From the NCBI GenBank assembly GCA_018238625.1, contig JABCSY010000021.1, forward strand, positions 1 through 46,819: 46,819 bases of DNA, written 5' to 3'. Below, piece after piece: positions 10,439 through 19,532 of the stretch (within the stretch, counting starts at the first letter, position 1; every line of letters starts with the position of its first letter). The notes beneath the pieces are model-generated. The model saw nothing but the letters and a program-made list of their open reading frames with translations. It was not told the origin of the DNA and did no database searches. This DNA comes from Promethearchaeota archaeon (GTDB lineage: Archaea > Asgardarchaeota > Lokiarchaeia > Sigyniarchaeales > SOKP01). The position numbers were made by a program, and so were the translations under genes.

Positions 10439-11152
10439 TTACAGATATCTTAGCCGTAATTTCAGTAGATTCAAAAAGATAAAAATTGGGTCATAAATCT
10501 TCATTTTAGATCCTTCTTCGTGTTTCCATTCAATAGGTAATTGATAAACCTTTATTCCATTTTTTCTTGCTTTGTAAAGTAATTCTACATCAAACTCCCA
10601 TCTATTAGCTTTAAGATCCTTGAAAATTTGAAGAGCGACATCGTGAGAAAATCCTTTGAATCCACATAACAAATCATTTATTTTAATTCGAAATAATACA
10701 TTAGAATATAAATTGAATATTTTACTTAACAACCTTCTACTTAGGGGTTGTGGATCTGTTATATTAGACAACGCGGAGATTCTTGACCCTACTACTATAT
10801 CGTAATTATATTTTTGGTAAATTCCGTGCAAATTTAATATTTCTTGTGGTTTAATTGAGCCGTCTGCGTCAATAAAAAGAATAAACTTACCTTTAGCTTT
10901 TAAAACACCCTGCAAAACAGCATGACCCTTTCCCATGTTATCGATATAACTAACCAATTTCGCTCGTTTATCGCCTTGGATTTTTTTTAAGATAATTTCC
11001 TTAGTTTTGTCTTTAGACCCATCGTTTACGACAATAATCTCATAACTCTCTAAATTTTTTCTTGCGAATTCTAGTAGGTTTCCCAAAAACTTAGGGATTC
11101 TTGTTGCTTCGTTATATGCCGGTACTATAATACTAAGTTCAATATCTTCCAT
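10439..11152 (-). CDS. GT2 polyprenol/dolichyl-phosphate glycosyltransferase (ALG5/DPM1-like)
   Basis: SIIVPAYNE, VNDGSKD, NMGKGHAV, FIDADGS (DxD), GSR, CGFKGF, WEFDVELL. Confidence 0.9.
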   Translation of the reverse strand: MEDIELSIIVPAYNEATRIPKFLGNLLEFARKNLESYEIIVVNDGSKDKTKEIILKKIQGDKRAKLVSYIDNMGKGHAVLQGVLKAKGKFILFIDADGSIKPQEILNLHGIYQKYNYDIVVGSRISALSNITDPQPLSRRLLSKIFNLYSNVLFRIKINDLLCGFKGFSHDVALQIFKDLKANRWEFDVELLYKARKNGIKVYQLPIEWKHEEGSKMKIYDPIFIFLNLLKLRLRYL

Positions 11153-11296
11153 TTCATCGTAATTTTAATTATGTAATAACTTTTCAATAATAAATTCTTA
11201 AAATTGTTAGAATATTTATTCTTAACTGTAAGAACATTTTAATTTAATTCATCTTATAAAATAATATCAAATTCTGTTAATCAATAAAAAATCAGA

Positions 11297-12391
11297 TTGA
11301 ATACTATGTTTAAAAAAGATCAAGATGGTTTATGGAAAATTAAAAACCATTACCGCTTAGGAATAATCCTTATCGCGTTAGGTATAGGAATTAGAATATT
11401 TATGTTAGTTTATTATTATACCGTTCATCTTGACCCAAGTATGTCTTGGGGCGATGTAATGATTAATTACCACACTACCGATTCAATGTTTACAGGGGAA
11501 TGGATTTGGGATATAACAGAATTAGAATATCCGCCTTTAACTTTGTATTTATTGGTGTTTTTCAAATTTATATCGTTTGGCGTTTTTGAAGTATTTGTCT
11601 TTTATGCGTTTTTTTTAGAATTACTTATTTCTCTATCTTTTTATTTTGTATTAAAAAAATTTAATCTTAAAAATAGTTTCTTTGTTCTTGGAGTATTTTT
11701 AGTAAATCCATTTGTGTTTTTAAATAACGTCTTTAGTTTAATTAACTGTGGATATCACATAACGGATAGCTTCTTTTATATCTTTTTAATCTTGTCTTTA
11801 TATTACTACCCAAAAGAGGATAAAGCATTATTCTACCTATTTTCGGGGTTAACTATGAGCGCTAAATGGTTTACATTGCCGGCTGCTGCTTATTTCTTTC
11901 TTAAGTTTTTGCTCGATAAGGATTGGAAGGAAATGAAAAAGCTCTTCGTGTTTATTGGAGTACCAATTATGTTGTTTTTAATTAGCCCAATTTTATATCT
12001 TCCAGATTATTTAAACCTTTATTTTGGGTGGCTATCTAGTACGGAAGTAGCCGCATTTTATAACCCTCCCCTACTCGTTAAGGTACTTCTATTTGGAGCT
12101 ATATTTTTCGTTTATTTTATATTCCGTGTAAAAAAAGCAGATCTTTTAGAAATCACTTTTTTTTCTATAATAGTTATGTTTTCACTATTGTTTTGGAGAC
12201 GAACCTATGTAAGATATCTTACGCCCCTAATTTTATATGGGCATCTAAAAACTAAAGATGCTATTTTAACTTTTGATTTTGATGTGAAAATTAGTCGGGT
12301 GCATTTTCAAATCGGTAATCACCTTTTAACTTATCTACTTTCCATTTTAGGATGTGTCGCATCTATAGCAATAATAATATTCATATTTTAA
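11297..12391 (+). CDS. Polytopic GT-C-type glycosyltransferase (GT87-like)
   Basis: About 10 hydrophobic segments, with a first loop containing GD...EYPPL as in GT87-like transferases. Confidence 0.6.
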   Translation: MNTMFKKDQDGLWKIKNHYRLGIILIALGIGIRIFMLVYYYTVHLDPSMSWGDVMINYHTTDSMFTGEWIWDITELEYPPLTLYLLVFFKFISFGVFEVFVFYAFFLELLISLSFYFVLKKFNLKNSFFVLGVFLVNPFVFLNNVFSLINCGYHITDSFFYIFLILSLYYYPKEDKALFYLFSGLTMSAKWFTLPAAAYFFLKFLLDKDWKEMKKLFVFIGVPIMLFLISPILYLPDYLNLYFGWLSSTEVAAFYNPPLLVKVLLFGAIFFVYFIFRVKKADLLEITFFSIIVMFSLLFWRRTYVRYLTPLILYGHLKTKDAILTFDFDVKISRVHFQIGNHLLTYLLSILGCVASIAIIIFIF

Positions 12392-12410
12392 TTTAATTGA
12401 AGGGTTAATA

Positions 12411-13238
12411 CTGAAAGCGGATAAAAATATAAAACATAGGGACAAAACCATTCGCTCTTATATTATATCAAGAAATTGGGATAAAAATCCAGAATTTCTT
12501 CTTGTTAGAGAAGTTGTTCAAAATTTAACAAAGAAAAAACCAAATCTGAATAATTTCAAATATGTCTATGATTACGAATGGGAGGTTGAAACTGGATTAT
12601 CTAATAAAGGCAAAGGAGATTTAATCTTCACGGATGGTAAGAACAATTTTCTAATTGTTGAGTGCAAGAATAAAAATACACAGGAAGTTAAAAAGCAAAC
12701 AATAGTTTATATGAAAAAGTTCGAAGAAATTCAAAAAGGTATCCAAATGGTAAGAGGGATGGCTGTTACCAAGGAAAGATGGGATCTTGTCTCCAACGAG
12801 TCTCCTTATTGGGATTTAGATATTAAAGAAAAGGACCGACCTTACTACGAATTGTTTGATGATCTTGACAATCCTGATGAGATTAAAAAAAGAAATAAAT
12901 TTCAAGAAATTTATAAAAACCTAGGTTTAATGCCAAATAATCCAATAAACGCACTTAAGGAATTAGAAGATAAGTGTTTCATTGAAATAAACTATAAAGA
13001 GCCCGAAGATATTATGCCGCCATTTTATTCCGAAGTTTGGATAAAATCTCTTAAATTTTTTCCCAAAGAAAACTATTATGGGGAAGGTCATGGGTTAAAT
13101 AAAAAAAAAGCTAAAGCGATAGCATATGTTGATATCTGCAACCAATTGTTTCTACCATATCATATGAAAGACCAACACATTCCAATAAAAGAGTTAAAGA
13201 ACTTCTCTTTAAAAGAAAAAAAAAGTATTAGTTCTTAG
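12411..13238 (+). CDS. Putative PD-(D/E)XK nuclease fused to a C-terminal dsRNA-binding-like domain; non-canonical start
   Basis: The frame of track ORF 12711 is open back to 12378. The extension encodes YEWEVETGLSNKGKGDLIFTDGKNNFLIVECKNKNTQEVKKQTIVY. The C-terminus has NPINALKEL...YGEGHGLNKKKAKAIA. CTG at 12411 is the candidate start; the exact start is uncertain. Confidence 0.7.
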   Translation: MKADKNIKHRDKTIRSYIISRNWDKNPEFLLVREVVQNLTKKKPNLNNFKYVYDYEWEVETGLSNKGKGDLIFTDGKNNFLIVECKNKNTQEVKKQTIVYMKKFEEIQKGIQMVRGMAVTKERWDLVSNESPYWDLDIKEKDRPYYELFDDLDNPDEIKKRNKFQEIYKNLGLMPNNPINALKELEDKCFIEINYKEPEDIMPPFYSEVWIKSLKFFPKENYYGEGHGLNKKKAKAIAYVDICNQLFLPYHMKDQHIPIKELKNFSLKEKKSISS

Positions 13239-13268
13239 TAAGTTAAAAAGAAATAGAAAAGTTTTAGA

Positions 13269-14501
13269 CTATGCTAACTGCATACTCGTAGGAATTATCG
13301 CTACTTTAGGAGAATTTCCGTGCAAATTTGATAATTCATTAATTAAGCCATTCCAATCGTTAAACAATTGGACGGAATTTGGATAGAAATGATATAAATC
13401 TGGTTTACTAATATTTGGAGAAAAGAAATATACATTTCTTCTCTTTACAAACGCTTTCCATAAAATTCCATTCCCGAAATTGTTATATAATTTAGCGCCC
13501 GTCTCAGCAATTAAACTATGAAAACCTTTGCCTTCGTACGAAGATGACATTACAACAATCGTGCCTTTTCTATCAAGAAATCTATTCGAAGCAGTCATTA
13601 AAATGTTAAAAGCTTTTATCGATTGGTTCAATTCAGAATCTTCTGGGTAAGAATTTAAGAAACAAATTTGATTTTCTAGGGTTATGTCTGTCGTATAAGA
13701 TTCCTTTGCGGCTTCCATAGCTTTTCTATGCGCGTCTCGATAATGACCTGAATAGATCTTAGTTATGTCGCCAATTTCATTCATCACTACATTAACCGAA
13801 AAATCTAAACCAACATTATCAGCAATATCCTCAATATCTTCCCTTATTTCAGTCATTCTTCCGATTCCCGCTCCAATCCCTCGCATACCTGCGGAATGAT
13901 TTGCCTCGAGCGTGCGAATACCACATACTCCGGGCAATACTATTTTAGCACCGCCCCCAAAGCCAGCTAAAGGGTGGGGGATAACACCTCCTACCGCAAT
14001 CTTTAAATCTGCGTTGTAATAAGTTTTATTTACGTCAATAGGCGTCCCTATCTTAGAATCTCCTAGATGTACAAGGTTCTCGTAAGGATGGTGATTTTCG
14101 ATTTTAAACCTACTTACGATTTCTTTGCCTAGTTTTAATAAGCAATCGTTTTTATTCATTGGTCTATGAGCGCCAAGAGCAAACAAAATTGTGATTTGTT
14201 CTTCTGAGATATCAGCTTTTTCTAGTTCTTCAAAAATAAACGGAAGAATTTTGGATGATGGCGTCGTTCTTGTCATATCGTCTACAACGATTACTGCGCT
14301 TTTTCTCCCCTGGGCAATAACAGATAAATTAGGAGTTCCTATTGGATTTAGTATCCCCTTTCTAATATCTTCGCTTGATAATTCTGGAGCGTCAGCATCT
14401 TTCATTCTACAGACGGAAACAGCCCAAGAATCGGGGAACTCTAGCTCTAAATGTTCTGGGTCTCTCCAAGCGGCCCACGGGACTTTAAATCGTTTAACCA
14501 T
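13269..14501 (-). CDS. LarA-family (nickel-pincer-dependent) racemase/epimerase
   Basis: VVDDMTRTTP, ALGAHRPM, PHPLAGFGGGAKIVLPG, ANH. Confidence 0.85.
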   Translation of the reverse strand: MVKRFKVPWAAWRDPEHLELEFPDSWAVSVCRMKDADAPELSSEDIRKGILNPIGTPNLSVIAQGRKSAVIVVDDMTRTTPSSKILPFIFEELEKADISEEQITILFALGAHRPMNKNDCLLKLGKEIVSRFKIENHHPYENLVHLGDSKIGTPIDVNKTYYNADLKIAVGGVIPHPLAGFGGGAKIVLPGVCGIRTLEANHSAGMRGIGAGIGRMTEIREDIEDIADNVGLDFSVNVVMNEIGDITKIYSGHYRDAHRKAMEAAKESYTTDITLENQICFLNSYPEDSELNQSIKAFNILMTASNRFLDRKGTIVVMSSSYEGKGFHSLIAETGAKLYNNFGNGILWKAFVKRRNVYFFSPNISKPDLYHFYPNSVQLFNDWNGLINELSNLHGNSPKVAIIPTSMQLA

Positions 14502-14654
14502 TCATATTCACTACATTTGAAAGAATTACTTAATAATATTAGTCGGTTTTATTCCTAATAAAACAACAATATTAAAACATCAATAATAACACTAAAAATC
14601 CAAGCGATTATTTAACCTCTCATACAATGTAAATTAAAAGATAAAAACAAGAAA

Positions 14655-15116
14655 ATGAACCAAAAATATGAAAATAGAATTTCTAAAAACGAATATTTCA
14701 TGAAAATAGCAAAGGTTGTCTCAGAAAGAAGTACATGCATAAAGCGCAAAGTTGGCGCGGTGTTAGTAAAGGATTCTCACATATTATCAACGGGATATAA
14801 TGGCGCTCCGTCTGGACTTAAACATTGTACTACAGAAACGTGCGTCCGAAAGAATCTAAAAAGCGGTGAAAGACCCGAACTATGCCGGGGAGTACACGCC
14901 GAATCTAATTGTATAATACAAGCTGCTATACATGGTACTTCAATTAAGGGTGATACAACTCTTTATACTACGATTTTTCCGTGTATGACTTGCTTAAAAT
15001 TAGTTATTAATGCTGGGATTAAAAAAATTGTGTATTTGGAAGGTTATAATATGGAAAATGAAGTTAAGAAAGATTTGTTAAATGAATCAGGTTTAATAGT
15101 TACTCCTTTACGATAA
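14655..15116 (+). CDS. dCMP deaminase family protein
   Basis: [22 protein letters not shown] and PCMTC zinc motifs. Confidence 0.92.
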   Translation: MNQKYENRISKNEYFMKIAKVVSERSTCIKRKVGAVLVKDSHILSTGYNGAPSGLKHCTTETCVRKNLKSGERPELCRGVHAESNCIIQAAIHGTSIKGDTTLYTTIFPCMTCLKLVINAGIKKIVYLEGYNMENEVKKDLLNESGLIVTPLR

Positions 15117-15264
15117 AATAAGATTTGATTTTTCTTATCTTCAAAAAGATAAAAAACTAATTTAATATTTTTTACATAAATTCTGAATAAATTTAAAGCA
15201 TAATACATAGGAATAATTAACACACATAGAGAATAAATAAATAACAATTCAGAGAAAATAAAAA

Positions 15265-15576
15265 ATGTCAGACAAAGGAAAAGGAAAAAGAAGGGAAGGT
15301 CAAGAAAACGCGGTCTTTGTTGGGCGTCGTCCTACGATGAATTACGTAATGGCTGTGATGATGGTCTTGAACAAAGGAGAGGATTGTACGGTAAAAGCTC
15401 GCGGTAAGGCGATTTCTCATGCCGTTGATATTTGCGAGATTTTAAAAAATCGTTTCTTGAAGGGAGTTGAATATAAGGGCATTACTATTACCACAGAGGT
15501 ACTTACGGGCGAGGATGGTCGCCAAAATAATGTAAGCTCTATGGAGATCGTTTTATCCGCTCCGAATCAGAAATAA
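15265..15576 (+). CDS. albA: DNA/RNA-binding protein Alba
   Basis: VFVGRRPTMNYVMAV, VKARGKAISHAVDICEI, NVSSMEIVL. Confidence 0.95.
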   Translation: MSDKGKGKRREGQENAVFVGRRPTMNYVMAVMMVLNKGEDCTVKARGKAISHAVDICEILKNRFLKGVEYKGITITTEVLTGEDGRQNNVSSMEIVLSAPNQK

Positions 15577-15585
15577 ATAGAACTC

Positions 15586-15620
15586 GAATTTTTTGAAAAT
15601 TTTTTTTAAATCTTTTTTAG
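15586..15620 (+). terminator. Oligo-T tracts downstream of alba (archaeal-type intrinsic terminator candidate)
   Basis: Several runs of 6-8 T just after the stop codon. Confidence 0.4.
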
Positions 15621-15699
15621 TTGGTTAACATGTTTTTCTACTTTTTTTAAAAAGTATGGATATATTTAAATTTAAAATTAAAAATAAAATTAAAATAAA

Positions 15700-16122
15700 A
15701 TGGAAAAATTATTTCCTATAAGCGTTAACCCTCAATTTTGCGTCCGATGTCAAAAATGTATGTATTCTTGCCATCCAAAAGCTATTTTTTTTAGAGATAC
15801 CTTAAGGTATGTGGATTATAATAAATGTAAAGGGTGCCTTAAGTGCGTTGATGTGTGCGAACACAACGCAATTGAAGTAATATCGATGGAAGAAGGGCAA
15901 TTAATAGATTTTGAAATAGATAGCGAGAGATGTACTGTTTGTAAAAAGTGCTTAGAGGAAGGTTTTTGTTTCCAAAACTTATATGTTCTGATTAATGACC
16001 CAGCTTCGGATAAAAAGAAGATTAGTTTTAATAAGAAAAGTATGGATCTATGTCAGAATTGTTTAAAGTGTTTCGTTAATTGTCCGAATAATGCGATAAT
16101 CCCTGTAATATCTCACAAATAA
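15700..16122 (+). CDS. Polyferredoxin (four CxxCxxC motifs)
   Basis: CVRCQKC..SC, CKGCLKCVDVC, CTVCKKC, CQNCLKCFVNCP. Confidence 0.88.
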   Translation: MEKLFPISVNPQFCVRCQKCMYSCHPKAIFFRDTLRYVDYNKCKGCLKCVDVCEHNAIEVISMEEGQLIDFEIDSERCTVCKKCLEEGFCFQNLYVLINDPASDKKKISFNKKSMDLCQNCLKCFVNCPNNAIIPVISHK

Positions 16123-16219
16123 AAACCATTATAGAATTCCAACTTATTTATAAGTTTTCGATTTTTTCTATTCATTAGTATCTCAATTTAACTCAATAAT
16201 TTGGTGTTTTTTAGTTAGA

Positions 16220-17635
16220 ATGGAAAATCTAGTTGTAATGAAATTTGGAGGTTCTTGTTTAAAAGATGAAAAATCTTTTAGTCAAATTCATTATATTGTT
16301 AAAAAATATAGAGAGGCTTCTAAAATAATAGTGGTAACATCTGCGTTAAATGGAATAACTGACAAGTTAATAGATTTTTATAAGAAATCTTGTAAAGAAG
16401 AACCTAAGTGCGATTACATTATTGACGATATTTTTAACATGCATAAAAACCTGATTAATCAAATTCTTATCAAAGAAGAAAGCGAATTTAGAAAGGCTTT
16501 TGAATTTTTAAAAAAAGAAATTAGCGAATTAAAACAGATAGGGGGTGTAATTAAATTAATCCGGCCAAGTATGGAAATTCAGGATATAATTATTTCCTAC
16601 GGAGAAAAACTTAGCACGTTCATTTTAAGCCAATATTTAAAATCAAAAAATTTTAAAGCGGAATATATCTCTTCTGATGAGATTGTCCTTACAGACGATA
16701 ACTTTGGGAGAGCCCTTCCGTTATTAGAAGAGACTGAGATAAAGGTGACTGATAGAATAATCCCCTTGCTCCAATCTGAGTTAATTGAAATTGTCTGTGT
16801 AACTGGATTTTATGGCTCTACGAAAGACAAAAAAATTACTACCTTCGGAAGAGGAGGAAGCGATTTAACAGCGGCAATCTTAGCTTACTGTCTTAGGATA
16901 AACTTTAACTTAAAAGTAATATACTGGAAAAATGTTAAGGGTTTTTTAAACGCAGACCCAAGAATCGCTGAAAAAACGGCCCTCTTAAAGAGAATTTCTT
17001 ACAAAGAGGCAAAAGAACTTGCGTTTTTTGGTTCAAAAGTCCTACATCCTTTATGTCTTGATGTTAACGAGAAAGGAGACGTTCCCTCTGAAATTAAGTC
17101 TTTCAACGACCCTGATTCTGACGAATTTACAACGATAACGAAGGAAATAGTTAGAGACGACAAAGTAATTAAAGCTCTTACTTCAATATATAAACTCTCA
17201 ATGGTGACCGTTGAAAGCGAAACAATGGTTCCTTTAACGGGGACTGCTTCTAAAATTTTCTCTCTTTTAGGAGATAATAACGTCAATATCGTGTTTATAT
17301 CGCAGAGTTCCTCAGAAAATAATATTACTTTTGGCATAGAATTTGAAGATTCAATGAAAGTCAGTTTTTTATTAAGAAATTCAGATTTCTTTGGTAAAAA
17401 ATGGTTTAGGATTAAAATTGATAACGATATATCATTAGTTGCCGTCATTGGCGCAGGAGTCCTTCACACACCCGGTATAGCTGGAAGAGTCTTTACCTCT
17501 CTAGGAAATAGCAATATAAATATTAAAGCAATAGCGCAAGGCTCTTCTGAATTGAATTTTACCGCGATAATTGATAGAAAAAATTGCGATAAAGCTATTA
17601 ATGTGCTGTATAATGAGTTTATTAATCAAAAATAG
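16220..17635 (+). CDS. lysC: Aspartate kinase with two ACT domains
   Basis: VMKFGGS, TTFGRGGSDLTA, ADPR, LAFFGSKVLHP, SQSSSE and AQGSSE. Confidence 0.93.
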   Translation: MENLVVMKFGGSCLKDEKSFSQIHYIVKKYREASKIIVVTSALNGITDKLIDFYKKSCKEEPKCDYIIDDIFNMHKNLINQILIKEESEFRKAFEFLKKEISELKQIGGVIKLIRPSMEIQDIIISYGEKLSTFILSQYLKSKNFKAEYISSDEIVLTDDNFGRALPLLEETEIKVTDRIIPLLQSELIEIVCVTGFYGSTKDKKITTFGRGGSDLTAAILAYCLRINFNLKVIYWKNVKGFLNADPRIAEKTALLKRISYKEAKELAFFGSKVLHPLCLDVNEKGDVPSEIKSFNDPDSDEFTTITKEIVRDDKVIKALTSIYKLSMVTVESETMVPLTGTASKIFSLLGDNNVNIVFISQSSSENNITFGIEFEDSMKVSFLLRNSDFFGKKWFRIKIDNDISLVAVIGAGVLHTPGIAGRVFTSLGNSNINIKAIAQGSSELNFTAIIDRKNCDKAINVLYNEFINQK

Positions 17636-17649
17636 AAAAAAATAAGAAA

Positions 17650-18897
17650 TTAATTAATTCCAAAAAAATCTCGATTAAATTTACGTTCAGCTAGTTCTTT
17701 CCTTGTTTTTTCTCTTTCTTCAGGGGGAATTCTATTTTTTAATGCTTCGATGCCAATTTTTTTTCCTATGACTACTTTCGGATTGTTTGACCAGTTTACA
17801 TTTAATAATAAACATAAATAATAGACTGTTGATTGAATAAAAGCGATTAGATTGCCTATGTTAAATTCGTCACAGCGTTCAATTGAGACTTTAGCTGACG
17901 GAACTCCTTGTTCAATTAAGGCTTGAAAAGTAGCGCCTGCTTGGTAATTAACTATGGTTTGGGCCGTTTGACCGTTTACAAATTCTATTGAGGAATCTAA
18001 GTTAAAATCTGGGAATTCGTTTTTTATGGTCCACAATACTGGGACTACAGCGCCTTTAGTTCCACCTAATAGATATTCTAAAACTGAATGCTGGCACAGT
18101 GGAGCAGATTGATAAGCCGCAAGTAATCCTTTTTCGTTCTTCCCAGTGCTTTCTGAAGTTTCTTGCACGAATAATCCTACGCTTCCTTCAAGATTCAAAG
18201 AATACGGCATAGAAAATACAGTCTTGTAACCTTTTTCGTACAAATTGTAAAGAAATGCTGCAAAACGGAATGCTGGGTTGTCGTCAAAACCCATAAATTC
18301 TTTATAAGCGTCGGTTAACCCTTTTAAAAAATCTTCTATGTTAACTCCTAACAGAAAAGCGGGGACAATTCCAACATTAGAGATGGATCCAGCGAAACGA
18401 CCAGAGACATCCGGAACCTCCAGAATGGGGCACCCTATCTTTTCTAATATTTGACGCATCGTTCCCTTTGAAGAGAGCCCTAGAAATTTGTAATTATTTT
18501 TTAAGAAAATTCCTATAGTGGAGTTTACATCTAAAGTTTCACCCCCTCTCGAGATCGGAATTACAACCGAATTTTCAGGATCTGTTGCGTCAAGGCACCG
18601 TTTTAATTCTACAGCCCTAGAACTTGTAATAGAATATAGATTCTTTTTAGATAAATGTCTTAACGCGAGTAAAGTTTGAATTGAGCCCCCCGTTCCTAAA
18701 ACTATGACGTTCTTGATTTTCTCATTTAGAAATCCTTTAGACGCTTGATGGATTGCTCCCATGTCTATATAAGTTTCAGTATCAGTAAAGAATGGAGGAT
18801 CCCAGTGGTGTTTATTGGATTTAGAGATTGAAATTAATTTTTCCATTAAATTGGCGTTAATTTTTGGATAATATTCTAAATTTAAACCTAAACTCAT
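17650..18897 (-). CDS. Glucose-6-phosphate isomerase-like SIS-domain protein
   Basis: LGTGGS, SRGGETLD, VSGRF, QETSESTGK and QHS resemble PGI motifs. The C-terminal motif is divergent (NNPKVVIGK). Confidence 0.7.
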   Translation of the reverse strand: MSLGLNLEYYPKINANLMEKLISISKSNKHHWDPPFFTDTETYIDMGAIHQASKGFLNEKIKNVIVLGTGGSIQTLLALRHLSKKNLYSITSSRAVELKRCLDATDPENSVVIPISRGGETLDVNSTIGIFLKNNYKFLGLSSKGTMRQILEKIGCPILEVPDVSGRFAGSISNVGIVPAFLLGVNIEDFLKGLTDAYKEFMGFDDNPAFRFAAFLYNLYEKGYKTVFSMPYSLNLEGSVGLFVQETSESTGKNEKGLLAAYQSAPLCQHSVLEYLLGGTKGAVVPVLWTIKNEFPDFNLDSSIEFVNGQTAQTIVNYQAGATFQALIEQGVPSAKVSIERCDEFNIGNLIAFIQSTVYYLCLLLNVNWSNNPKVVIGKKIGIEALKNRIPPEEREKTRKELAERKFNRDFFGIN

Positions 18898-19033
18898 TTT
18901 TAATTCACCTACTAGTGTATTATATTTTTTTCTAAATATGGGTTGTGTTTATCTTATTTAAAAAAACATTATTAGAAAAGGATTACTTTATATCATTAAT
19001 GGTTTAAAATCATACTACGGGGTTACAGTTTCT

Positions 19034-19393
19034 ATGTCAGATGAGTATCTCTTTTTATTAGAAGATTTATATGAGGGTATCGATGGTATAAGATCTGCAG
19101 CGATCGTATCAATAGAAGGTTTAATTGTTCAATCGATTTTAGAAGAAGATATTTCTGATTTAAATTTAGCTGCGATGACAGCTACAATTCTTTCCGTTGC
19201 GGAGCGTGTATTAATAGAATTGAAATCCGGAAAGCTTGACATCTGTATTTTGCAAGGTGATATAGGCAATTTTGTAGTTATGGAGGCTGGGAGCGAATTG
19301 ATTTTAGCAGTGTGTTTAGATAATGAAGCTCGAATGGACACTTGCTTCGTTGAAATGAGAAAAATCTCGGAACAAATAAAAAGCTTGTATTAG
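19034..19393 (+). CDS. Roadblock/LC7 (MglB-like) protein
   Basis: GIRSAAIVSIEGLIVQS...LAAMTATILSVAERVLIELKSGKL, the roadblock pattern; 119 aa. Confidence 0.9.
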   Translation: MSDEYLFLLEDLYEGIDGIRSAAIVSIEGLIVQSILEEDISDLNLAAMTATILSVAERVLIELKSGKLDICILQGDIGNFVVMEAGSELILAVCLDNEARMDTCFVEMRKISEQIKSLY

Positions 19394-19532
19394 TCAATTA
19401 TTAAACAGCTAATAAGTCTAAAAATTGAAAAATTCGAGGTCTATTTTCTTTAAAATAGCTTTTGTTATATTTATCAAATAATGATTAAGAACTATAAAAA
19501 TTACACTAAATTTTAATAAATTGTGATTAGTA

